DNA of 58,792 nucleotides from Nemertoderma westbladi (taxonomy: Eukaryota > Animalia > Xenacoelomorpha): assembly GCA_032718475.1 (NCBI GenBank), contig JAUCBJ010004233.1, positions 1 through 58,792 on the forward strand, read 5' to 3'. The translations under genes were made by a program, and so were the position numbers. The notes below the pieces were generated by a model. That model was not told the DNA's origin, ran no database searches, and saw nothing but the letters and a program-made list of their open reading frames with translations. This document shows, piece by piece, positions 37,736 through 49,924 of the stretch (position 1 is the first letter of the stretch; the number at the start of each line of letters is the position of its first letter).

Positions 37736-40700
37736 TTCGCAATCAAAAAGAGTTCCTAAAAGATAGAGAAATTCCCCGGAAACCATTGTGGCACGATGCG
37801 GATCTTTGAATAATGGTTTTCGAGGAAATTGTCCCTTCTACTACCTAATGGCAAATGTATGTCATAAACTACATTCATTGTTCGGTATAATAGTTAATGG
37901 CGTTGTCTTGTACAAGTTGCCATGGAATATGTTTATCTACAGTAAACTGATAAGTTTAATAAACTGCCCAAAAACAACAATGAACAATAAATATGTACAT
38001 GAACTCTGGGAATATATTTTTGTTACATATTTTTCTTAGAATTTAGAATTCTTTGAATCCAGTATTTCTGTATGATCCTTAAATTGTTATTGACCTTGAG
38101 ATTGGATTCGCATCCTTGGTTTTGGCTGACATAAATAGCTGCTGCTTTTAAAAAGCGTGTTGTTGTTGCGGATTAAAAGTGCAAAGTTTCTGAAGTAGCA
38201 CAACTCTAAGCTGCTAGATTCAAGATATAATTATTGCAGAAATAAAATATATTATATTTATTGTGATAAATATAATATAGAAACAGTACATAATTAATAG
38301 GGGCTGGTAATTAGAACGGCAGATTATGAATTGTTGAAATAAAGCAGTTCTGATGATTTCACATCAAAATAATAAGCCTCTCAAATACATTTATTTATTC
38401 TCATAGGTTTTCCACGCATTATAAAAATATATGAATCTCAAGATTTATATTATAATTTACATTAACTCCAAAAGACCTAATTACATTTTTCTATCCTTTG
38501 GGTTTTCATAAAAAACTTCATAATGGAGTTATTGTACTCTGAAAAGCCATTAATCGGGTTCGAAGCGGTTAAAAGTGTAGTTAACAGTGAAACTTCTTGG
38601 AGTTAACAAAAAGACCAACTGAGGAACCGTTTATTCTAGAGATTCTGACAGCAACCTATATAAGTCATACGCATATTATAATACAATATAATGAATAATA
38701 CTATATGTTAACCTTTCTTTCACAACAATAGCACGCATTGATCGTATTGTCGGCTACTCCGAATTAAACAGTGTTATTATTATTAGTAGTACAGATCATT
38801 GGCTGGATTCCCTCAACTACTGGACCCTGCTGGAGGGGAGTTACTATCGCCACGTCTCCAATATGATGATCTAAGGACATACATAGAACGTAATCCAACA
38901 AAATTAAGAATAATAATGGGTAAGTGGGTTGATTATAGTATTATAGATTAAGTGAGTAAATGGGTTGATTCAATAAAGTCAGCAATCAAGATCCTCGAGA
39001 TTCCACGTAAAGATCCATAGTGTTATTACGTTGCTCTTCTTAGGAACTGGCATTAACTTATTTGTTTTCCTTTATTGTGGTTCTCTCTTTATTCTGTACA
39101 TGTCTGTGATGACATGACGTGGTGAATGTGCTGCAAACACTGTGTTTTTTTTAAAAACTTTAGGGGGACAACATCTACTCCGCTGACACGAGTGGTCTTA
39201 AAGTGAGTGAGTGAAAATAAAGCCACTCGGATCATCACACTGTAAATTAATGCTCTTTGCAGTACGTAATCTTGACTTCGGCAAAGAAGATGCCACCAAT
39301 GGGTAGTTCTGGGAGTACATACTCAGTGTCACAAACTCAACAAACAGTACTCAGTGTCAGGAAATACGCTCTCATTGTTAATTCATTGTGTGTCTTTCAA
39401 CCATTGAGATGATCAGCTGGTGATTCTGCCTTAACCTCCTTGGTGGTTTATTGGCTTTTCCTCCCAGTCAGCAAGTTGATCGATTTCTATGCCTGGGCTG
39501 GATGGCGTTAACCTAAACCTAATGATAGATAAGCCCCCCCCCCCCCCCCCATCATGCCTGAAAGATGATGCGCGAATTTGGTAATTATTACAACCGAGTT
39601 TTACAAAGTCTCACCAGGTTCCTCGATTTCGCAGTTCCATGATTTCCCAGCTCCAAGATTTTCCACTGTACTCTGATGTCCCAAAGTTATCTTATTTCCG
39701 TGCAAACTAAACTATATACTAATACTATGACAAGATATTCAAAATATCGAACATGTTAGAGTGAATGCAAGAAGATGAAGTTGTTTCAGAAAGTTGAAAC
39801 ACAAAATAAAATGTTAAATTAAATTAAATTATAATTTATTATTGGTGTTATGGGTGAATGAGTGGTTTCATATTATTATACCTTTTTGTTGGGCACAGCT
39901 TTTGCAAAGTCGGCAATGACGTCCAGGTGGGATCGAACTGATGAATTGGATGGTATTGACAGATGAGAGGCCATGCGGAGGTAAATTGCGGACATACAAG
40001 GTATCAGATAGTATTTCCAGGTCTATCTTTTACCTAAGCCGCTAGCTGAATGGTTAGAGCATCAGACTTCCAACCACCATCAGTGCGATCCCACCTGGAC
40101 GTCATTGTCGACTTTGAAAAAGCTGTGCCCAACAAAAAGTTATAAATTAAATTATGGATGTCACACCATTCCTCATTTTGGAGATTTTCAGCAAATTATT
40201 TGCAAAGTGGTGTCATCAAGAAATCTAATAATTATGCATCAAAAGAATCCATAACAATTAACTAGAAGGCAAATAATGAAGGTCAATGATGTTTCCATTG
40301 ATGCTGTGCCTGTCTAGTTATCTTCATATGCTATGCTAATAGTTATTATAAACGAAAGAAACACGATGATTATCGATAAATGTATAAATTTCTATAAATA
40401 TACATTTATATTGAATATATAAATGGTAAATTGCAAAATAAGGTTTGAATTGTAGTTGATCCCAATGTTTAATTTAGTAACTTTACAGAATATTACACAT
40501 TATTCAGCGGACCTTTGTGGCCGCATATATCTAAAAAATTATCAACATTCGACATCAATATCAATATCAATATTATTTTACATAATGATACAACGGCCGT
40601 ACACTTCGAAACAAACACCTATTGTTGATGATAATTTATCCATTCAAAAGTGCAAATTGAGGTTTTCAAGAGCGAGAGTGACTCATTAATCGAGAATGAG

Positions 40701-41042
40701 ACATCAATAGAGCGAAACTGATCTCATGAAATATAATCAAATCAAATTATCAATCCCTGTTGATTAAAAAGTCGTATATATTTTATTGGTAGTGCAAATA
40801 ATTTATGATGCGAGTTGTGGTTTGCTTAACAAATGAAATTGACAATTTATTGCAATTCGTTTGATTATGTTGTAGCAATTACAATAAACATAGAACCTAA
40901 CTGATGTGGTGAATCAATATAATATAACATGTACGAAGTAAATGTATAATAAATGTTTAAACCAATCGATACCATTCGATATCCATCTAATAACATATTT
41001 TACACGAAATTATAAATATTGTATTACGCTGCTGGTTAGCAT

Positions 41043-41575
41043 TTTACACTTAGGGTTAACACTTTCTTTACACTTAGGGTTACCACTTTCTTTACACTTA
41101 GGGTGAACACTTTCTTTACACTTAGGGTTAACACTTTCTTTACACTCAGGGTTAACACTTTCTTTACACTTAGGGTTACCACTTTCTTTACACTTAGGGT
41201 TAACACTTTCTTTACACTTAGGGTTACCACTTTCTTTACACTTAGGGTTAACACTTTCTTTACACTTAGGGTTACCACTTTCTTTACACTTAGGGTTACC
41301 ACTTTCTTTACACTCAGGGTTAACACTTTCTTTACACTCAGGGTTAACACTTTCTTTACACTTAGGGTTACCACTTTCTTTACACTTAGGGTTACCACTT
41401 TCTTTACACTTAGGGTTACCACTTTCTTTACACTTAGGGTTAACACTTTCTTTACACTTAGGGTTAACACTTTCTTTACACTTAGGGTTAACACTTTCTT
41501 TACACTTAGGGTTAACACTTTCTTTACACTTGGGGTTAACACTTTCTTTACACTCAGGGTTAACACTTTACACTT
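41043..41575. repeat. 24-bp minisatellite expanded to about 22 units
   Basis: (tttacacttagggtta[a/c]cactttc)n; produces the spurious KKVLTLSV repeat ORFs. Confidence 0.97.
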
Positions 41576-41900
41576 GCGGTATTCAAGTTTACTTCGCTTA
41601 GTTTTAGGCCAGTAAGATCTGTAGTTGTCCGATAGAACACTTCTCCCAATAACAAGATAACACAACAGAGTATTACATTGTATACAGACGGATTTGCAGT
41701 AAATGATAAGTATCTTTATTTAGAGAAAAAAGTTTGTTTAATTTAAAACTGAGATAATGCTTAATGCACAAATATGTTTGTGCTGTATGATTTTGTATAA
41801 TAATAATATATAATAATTGAAACTTATTACATGACGACAATTGCGCGACATTAGCTACAGTTTAAGTTCCCCCGATTCTTCGGATGTTCAGTCGACAAAT

Positions 41901-42041
41901 CTATTTTTGGTACAAACACTTGGCGCCCAACGGGTACATAAAGTGGCATGTGTAACCGGCACAGCACTGGGAGTTGCCGCCCTGTGTGCAGTGGGCCCCT
42001 TGGATGGCACATCCGCGTTGTTTACGAAACCATTTGGTGGC
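41901..42041 (-). CDS. Terminal exon encoding the knottin peptide, copy 2 (identical to copy 1)
   Basis: Same 141 nt and acceptor; AATAAA on minus at 41715-41720. Confidence 0.8.
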   Translation of the reverse strand, partial: ATKWFRKQRGCAIQGAHCTQGGNSQCCAGYTCHFMYPLGAKCLYQK

Positions 42042-42486
42042 CTGGAAAGATACAGTATTGCTAAAGTAGATACAATATATACATAAAGGTTTGTCAATGT
42101 AGTAGTACATATATAATAATTATATAGTTATATATTAATATAGCGTACTTCATCAAGGTACATCATAGGCATTATATGGAACAATTATTACCAATCGCTT
42201 CCTCCCATCCTCTCTTTATATATAAAAAATGCAATGCTGCTTATCGAAAAAATTACGAAGTCAGAACTCGCTAGAATATCGACAACTTCAAGGCCTGAGT
42301 CCTTTAGGATGCGTCTCAAGAAAGTCAAGGGCTGTCTAGTCCAACGTGTCATTCTCTCCACTACGCCCCCAAATTAAAGGTTTATCCGCACGGCGAAAGT
42401 CTCCTCAATATTGTTGGTATATTTATACAGGTGCCTTGCATCCTACTTTTGTCCGGGTACCTTTGTCTCGCTCTGTATATCAAATC

Positions 42487-43040
42487 TGTGAGGATATTCG
42501 AATACGTAAGGGAAAGGCATGGGCAGCATTAAATGGGATTTGGAAGTCACACAGTATTCATCAGAAACTTATGGTACGATTATTTAGAGCAGCAGTAGTT
42601 CAAGTACACCTCTATGGTAATCCATGCTGGGCTCTAACTGCTGAGGACACCAAATCTCTGGATGGCACATTCACAAGAATGCTACGCCGGGTTCATTGTG
42701 TCAAGAACAATGCACACATCTCCAACCAGACACTATATAACATTGGAGGTGTCTCATTGGTTCCTCCAAGCTTGACACTAGAAAAAAGCCGCCTACGCCT
42801 TGCAGTACATTGTTTTCGCCATGAGGACCAGCCTGTGCACAATATTGTGCTTTGGCAGCAGCATGAAGAAAATAAGCATGATGGACAGTGACTTACATAA
42901 GACGCTTCTTAAAGGACACTGGCCTTGATGATGCGGGTAATCTCGCGAAAGTCATGTGGGGTAGGGAGTTGTGGCGGCCCAATTTTGTCAATAAGCCATC
43001 ATTCTTACTGCACGCTGCATTGGAGCACGCCAATTGTGAA
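42487..43040 (+). mobile_element. Degenerate 3' fragment of an RTE-clade LINE (copy 2)
   Basis: Homologous to 29357-29910 and 58125-58771. Confidence 0.85.
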
Positions 43041-43892
43041 TGGCGTGGTGGTGGTAAAAATATTTTTGTTACTGAATATAGTTGTATATAGTAGTGCTGT
43101 CTTATTTATTGTGCTAATTTTATTCGCTATCCTACATACTGTAATGTACTTACTTCCAGCTATTAGGTCCTGCCAGCCCACTCACTAACACAGCCCCTAG
43201 CGATGCTGTCATTTTTGGGTATGGTATCAGTAACTGTCCAATCCACTCCATAGGATATTATCTCAAGGTAATATGTAGGAGAATTGTAAAGCAATTACGT
43301 GTGAATAACAACGAAATATAAGAAAAATTGCAGTTGTTAAGTCTGCCTGGGGCCATAGTAGTAAGCCATATTGGAGATTCAAAAGGGTAATTGGTTTGTA
43401 GTAAGTTCATAATGACAACGTAAAGTGTTGGATATAAATCATGACAGAAGAACATTCTGGTGCATTTGTGGTCGTCAGTGGCTGCAGGGAAATAGGGAGA
43501 AAAGGTCGTTGGTGTATTTTGTATAATATTGGAATAATAATAGTCGAATGAGGTATATTATCAACAGACAAAGATTAAAAAATAATTTAGTTGATCTTAG
43601 TATTATACGATATACCTTTCTATTTACTTGGACTTGGCGTTACACACTGTACAGTACTGAAGATACTGTTGTACTGTAGAAACTGTTGTACTGAAGATAT
43701 TATAATAAGTTGTTCAGAAATGGAATAAATGAGAAAGCGCGTCACCGTGGGTTGAACCAGCGCTATCTTCTTCCTCTTCCCACCCTCTTCAGTAGCGCTA
43801 ATAGGTTCAGCCACTTTCCCCTGACATTTACCTTTCTATTTATTTCACTTCTACTGAACAGGCAGTATTTAGTTGCATATCCTGATCCTATT

Positions 43893-43938
43893 AGCGCTAC
43901 TGAAGAGGCCTGATAGGTCGAAACATACGTATAGCGCT
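43893..43938 (+). ncRNA. Minimal type I hammerhead ribozyme motif (best-preserved copy of this family)
   Basis: agcgcta-CTGAAGA-ggcct(gat)aggtc-GAAA-catacg-TA-tagcgct; 7-bp stem I; predicted cleavage after 43931. Confidence 0.72.
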
Positions 43939-46726
43939 GGTTCAACCCCTGGTGACGCGCTTTCTCATTTTTTCCATTTTTGACTGATTACAACTTATTA
44001 CAATATCATTCATTAAAGTTGCATTAACAGCTCAACTACAATTCATTTATTGTACTGAAGATGCAGTCTATATTTGTAGTTTGGAATAGACTGCCGATTA
44101 TGCTCGCTATATCAGCTGATATAATCTGGTTGTAGATCTATATTTGCATTCAATGTTCTACTTCACACGTAACTATTGTACATTCATTGTTCCACTCGCA
44201 CTTTACTTGTGTATTCCCGTGTGGGATTTTACTTGTGGATCTACATCCTTTGCTGCTAGACTGTAGTTTAAGTTAAGCTATTACTGCTGAAGACACCGGA
44301 TCCATTGATGATTCATCCACTAGAATGATGCGCACCGGGTTCATGGCATTTAATCGTATTTAATCGCACAGTACAATCGCGTTAGTGAATAAGAATTGAT
44401 AAAAGCCCAGCACCACCTTGCAGGCACTATGGATGCGACATGCTGGCCACTGCTGTCGTAGAACTGAGTCAGTCTTTTCGTGATACTGTTCTATGGCAGC
44501 CGACTGGTCAATGTGGCGTCCAACCATTGACATTCCTGAAACGACGGTTGGAAGACACTACTATAATAAATGAGATATAATTGAGGGAGTTAGTTACATT
44601 CATAGAAGATCGCTTACTGTGGAGTGTATTCAATGCAACATAACCTCAGAGAATTACTATGTTCTACATGATAAAATATTTTTTATAAAACGTCAAGAAA
44701 CATTTTTGCATCAATGTTTTATTTGTGATGCCTGATTTACATTATATTATTTTGCCTGTGCCCGGACAACAGGTATCCGCTTACAAGGTGTACCTAAACA
44801 TTATGGGTACACTTTCCGGGTTCAATTTAGAGTATTTTTATTTAAATGTTAAAATATTCTGTAATTAAAAAGGGTTTGAGGTCATATTGGCCTACATTAT
44901 CACAGTGTCTATGGATGGAGTATAGTTCTGATATATCAGATATGCAATTGTATTCATATAAGTATAAGTATATACAAGATGTACTATAGAAGTTGATTAA
45001 TTAGCATATCTGTCCAGTTAGTTTATGATGTGACACAATTAATAAATAAATATATTGTACTTGTAAATTGTGGATAATATGAGACCAGTGGTGTTAATGA
45101 AATATAGAAGTGGTCATTGTGTCACTCTTGTTACCAATTCCCAAACCTATCTCAAACAATATCTCAACATATTCTCATTCCAAAAATGTTTCCATTTATA
45201 CAGAGTGAGAACTCTGTGAATTTTTTTAATGAATAATTAATAATCATCTGAAGAAGACTTAAGAATAGACGTTATTCAATAGATAGTAGTAGTGTGGTCG
45301 ACACAGCCGGACTATATTAATATAGTGTCAGGAGAAACTTTACTGATTACAGATACATTCACATGATATAATCAGAATTCCTTATCAATGGATTTCTCTT
45401 AGGGTTCCCTATATCATAATCTCACTTTTGGAGAACACGATATGGGTTTCCGCCTGAGTTCCAAGCATAATTAGATGAGATAATTAGAAAATAATTCTTA
45501 GCAAATATTATTAGGATTATCAAAAGCAACAAACAATGCATCCATATATATATAATGTTCCATTCTTAATGTTTCTCCTGATTCTTTATTCACTGTTAAG
45601 TCCGAGCTCGATCAACCTAGTTGCACTAGTAATTATTAATTATTTATGCTAAAATATAGAGAACTAACCCTTAAAAGCATTTACCTCAAATTGTGTAACT
45701 TTGAAATAACTGTATCCCACTAATTTCAAATTTATAAAGCTAAAAATTTATGAAATGTAATTATATTTTTGTAATAAAATATTATTATGTATTATATTTT
45801 TAATTAATTTTCACACTAATGATGTTAATAAAAGCACCGGATGTTCGGCCATTGAACAGCCAGAATTAATTAGAACTATATTAATAACCTGTGGGGCGAG
45901 CGACGAAAGTAAGCGAGCTCAGCATACAGGTACCACTAACTCAGGTACAACTAACAAGGTTCAACTAACAGGTACAACTAACAAGAAATTTTCCAAGTTG
46001 AATTTGCATGGGGTCTTCGTTGCAGCATCTGTGTAACTGCCTTGCAGTTATAATAAATTTATCTATCCAAAAATTATTAGGCTTGGCATCAGCTGGTTGC
46101 TTGGAGACTGCAGGAATACAGTACGGTACCGGTACTGTTACAGTGGTACAGAATTACCGGTACCGATTTCAGGTCGTTGGTCACCAATCGGCTCGGCAAC
46201 GGCAACCATGCCGCCATGGAAGTTTTGAAATTATGCGGAATTAAAACAGACTGACATATTGCCAGGTTGTACCAGCTGACCTTTATTCCATGTTCCGGTA
46301 TCCACTACTGCACTAGGTACCCCAACAGCCCAATACTGCAATACCCAGCAACGTTTTGGAATTGTACCGGTACTCAAACAACTCGCCATCGAGGCCACCG
46401 CCTCTGTCTGTCGCAGTGTCGTTGGCGACCTCGACTTTTGGTATCGGTACTGCGCTAGCGCTACGGGCAAAGTGGACTAGCCGATGAGCGAGACCCGAAG
46501 ACTGGAGAATGCATTGAATTTTTTTAGTAGTTTGACTGTGGACTTCTATGACATCGATGCCAAGCTGCCAATGCGGAAGTTTTTTTTTAAGTAAAAGTTT
46601 GGTTAAATTTTCTTAATTATTTATTTAAATTTCTTAAGTACCGATTTTGGGATAGAATTGCTCAATTGAAATCTGTATCTAATAACTGAGCCTCGTCCTG
46701 CGCGATGGCCCCACGAACGTGTATTA

Positions 46727-48268
46727 ATTGATGATTCATTTGATTCACATCTCAGTTTGTCAACAGGTAAAGCCATCGGACCAGATAATCTTACAGCTGA
46801 GCACTATATATATGCATGTTGTTTTAATTTCGTTTGTGCGATTTGTGTTTTAACTAATGCTTTATTTTTGCATTCATATATGCCTTCGGATATGATGGCT
46901 TCAACCTTAATTCCACTAGTTAAGGACAGAACCGGGGACCTTACAAGTAAGGATAACTACCGAGGCATTGCAATTTCTACGGTTTTCAGTAAGCTTATCG
47001 AAAAGATTATTCTGGAACGCTGTATTAACCTTCTTAAAACGATAGATAATCAATTTGGCTTTAAACCCAAATCCGGCACTGAAACGTGTATCTACACACT
47101 TAATGAGATTATTAACTATTATCTCACACATAACTATTGCGTTTATGTGTGCATGCTTGATGCCCCCAAGGCGTTTGACCGCGTGAACCACTGCAAACTT
47201 TTCGATAAGCTACTGATCCGCGGTGTCCCTATCTACATTGTAGGTTTAATTCGATTTTGGTACCGCAATCTGCTGTTGAGGGTTTGCTGGGATGGAATAT
47301 TATCCTGTTCATTTTATGTGACTAACGGTAACAGACAAGATGGTATTCTCTCACCGCTGTTATATAATGTCTACGTTGACGATCTTAGTATTGCTTTGAG
47401 TGATAGTGGTGTTGGTTGCATGATCAACTCCATTAGAACTAACCATTTAATTTATGCAGACGACATGTGTCTGATTTTAAATTCAATTTTCGGTTTACAG
47501 AAACTCGTTGACATCGCTGTTCAATTTGCCAATCGCAATTCAATTATTCTTAATGTAAAAAAAACGAAATGTCTGTACTTAATTCATAAGTCTTTTTCAC
47601 TTACCTGTTACTCAAAAATCATATTATACGGCTCTCCCGTTAAGGTAATTGACACGTTCAACTACCTAGGGCAGATACTAAGATCGTCAACTGATGACAA
47701 TGATGATATTATTAATCAGACGCACTCGCTATATGCCAGAACGAATACATTAGTTAGTAAATTCGGCAATGCCTCAGTAGCTGTTAAGTGCGCATTATTC
47801 CGTGCATATTGCACCACTGTATATTGTAATTCTCTATGGTCTCGCTCAAACTATAGCGAGCGTGTTTATGACAAAATAAGGGTAGCATGGGGTAGCATAC
47901 AACAATTGTGCCCGATTATTATTCAAATTACCACGTCTTACTGACGATGAGCCGACTAGTATGTCACTATCTTTTGGTACTTTAGACCTACCCTTATTTT
48001 GTCACATTCACTACAACTCTGTGTGTAGCCTCCTCAATAGAATTAAGTCCACCCATAACTGTTTATTGTACACTGTTTACACTGCCTGCAGACCATTCTC
48101 GAGATTATTTCCCTTGAAGCTGTCAGGGTAATAGTCATTATTACTTTACTATGTGTGTATGTTTTGTTTTTTACTATTTGTGCTATTGTTGTAATTTTAC
48201 TTTCGTTTTTACTGTAGATATGTACCTCCTGGTGCGGCTTAAAGGATAAATAAATAAATAAATAAATA
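46727..48268 (+). mobile_element. Same non-LTR RT element, copy 2, with complete RT core but a 10-bp duplication frameshift near 47880
   Basis: QFGF, LDAPKAFDRVNH, YADD; gggtagcatg-gggtagcata duplication; (taaa)n tail. Confidence 0.9.
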
Positions 48269-49924
48269 ATTGGCACCGGTATTAATGTGGCTCTTTAGTA
48301 TCTTCCCCATCATAATGTAGTTGTTCAGTAGGCCTACACTGTCTTGCCATGTTCATATTCCACCCTCGAATATGGTTATGTCATAACGTTTTTTTGAAAT
48401 CTGGATCATTTAGAGGGGTTATTTAGTTAATATAAAATAGTTGAATAACACATAATCTAGGTAATGTTATAAAATTCTTCTATTATTATCCGCGGATGAA
48501 TGCTGCGAGAGATTCAGGATAATTTTAAGATACATAATTTACAATAACCAGCGGGGTATGAACATAAATCCATTTATTTTATACTGCATCCTGATAAAAT
48601 GTTGTTAGTTATTTGATGCAGTCGTGTCTAATTATTGAGGATTAAAATTACATGCATAAAATACATCATTTAACATTAGAGATATATAACTTACACGTAC
48701 ACCGATGGTAATGTTTTGGTTAGCTACCTGTGATAATACTGTAGTGTGTGACCCCCCTTGGATTTTAATAATTTCATGTTGTGATTTATCTCTACATCTA
48801 TTAGTAAGCGTCACGTGTACCAACCCACATACAACATAGGCTTTATGTTCTTGTGCGTTTACAGGAAATTATACAATACTGACGGAGGCATCAGAGGTAG
48901 CAGGCTTAATCCGTTTTAGAGGCCGTTCGTACTTTTTTTTTACTATGATAGTTTGAGCAACCACTATACTGAACTATAGTTCGTACTTACTTTTTTGTTA
49001 GCAAGCTCCGCTCATTAGGCAATTAAATATTTTAGATACTACTCTTGTCTACTGAACAATTGCAGCTTTTTTGGATTTAGAATAACAATTTTCTATAACG
49101 ATGATATATCTATATATTTGATTAATAAACAACTTTGCTTATAAACCCTCTGGATTACAGTAAATTAAGAACATTCTGCTCCCTAATGTTGAGTGGTTAT
49201 CCCAACATAAATTATAAATAATAATATGCTTAATGCTATATTGATCATATTAATAATAGTTCAAGGCATACTAAACCTAAAAAATAATCCTAAAAACATA
49301 TTGTCTATGATGACAACTGCCAGAACAGTAATTGTTTCCTTTCCTTTGGATATTATATAGATGCAATTATAGCCTCGCTGCGATGCGGAAATTCACTAAG
49401 AAACTTCAAAAGAAGTGGCAAATGTGTAGTATGGTTTGGGGCGCTTGTGAATCAATAATGTGGGCTGATAACTTTTCACGGTTATTAATCGAGAATATAT
49501 ATACGGTGAATGTAAAGCTACTCTAAGATAAATATAATAAAACAGGTAATGAGTAGCGAGTTGATGACCTGCATCAGGCGTGGTTAATCAATAAAATCGT
49601 TGTTTGAAAAAGTACCTTCCGGAAATATACACATATTTATTAATATATATTGGTGTTTAATATATAATGTCTCTGCGCGTGCATATATACTGTTAATTTA
49701 TAATTTAATTTATTAATTAGTTAACATTTGAAGACGAATGATATATTAAACATTCAAATGATCATGTAATTAGCTATTATTATTCATAATATTGTGCTGT
49801 GGTTGACCTGGATCCTAATAACACGTTTATTATACTAGTATAAGTATAATAATTGTAATTATAAATTCTGTACGTACATATTATATATTCACAATTGCAA
49901 CAGGACAACTGCACAAGCGTTATC

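Larger units (their letters stand above)
35987..48319 (+). repeat. Tandem segmental duplication, copy 2
   Basis: Colinear with 23319-35984; junction cataatgta-aa-ctgttaaaaggctc. Confidence 0.97.

Noticed and set aside
41043-41575. True telomere or interstitial telomeric array
   Set aside because: TTAGGG occurs once per 24-bp unit, not as contiguous hexamer repeats.
41036-41665. KKVLTLSV / NTFFTLRV repeat ORFs
   Set aside because: Artefacts of the 24-bp minisatellite.
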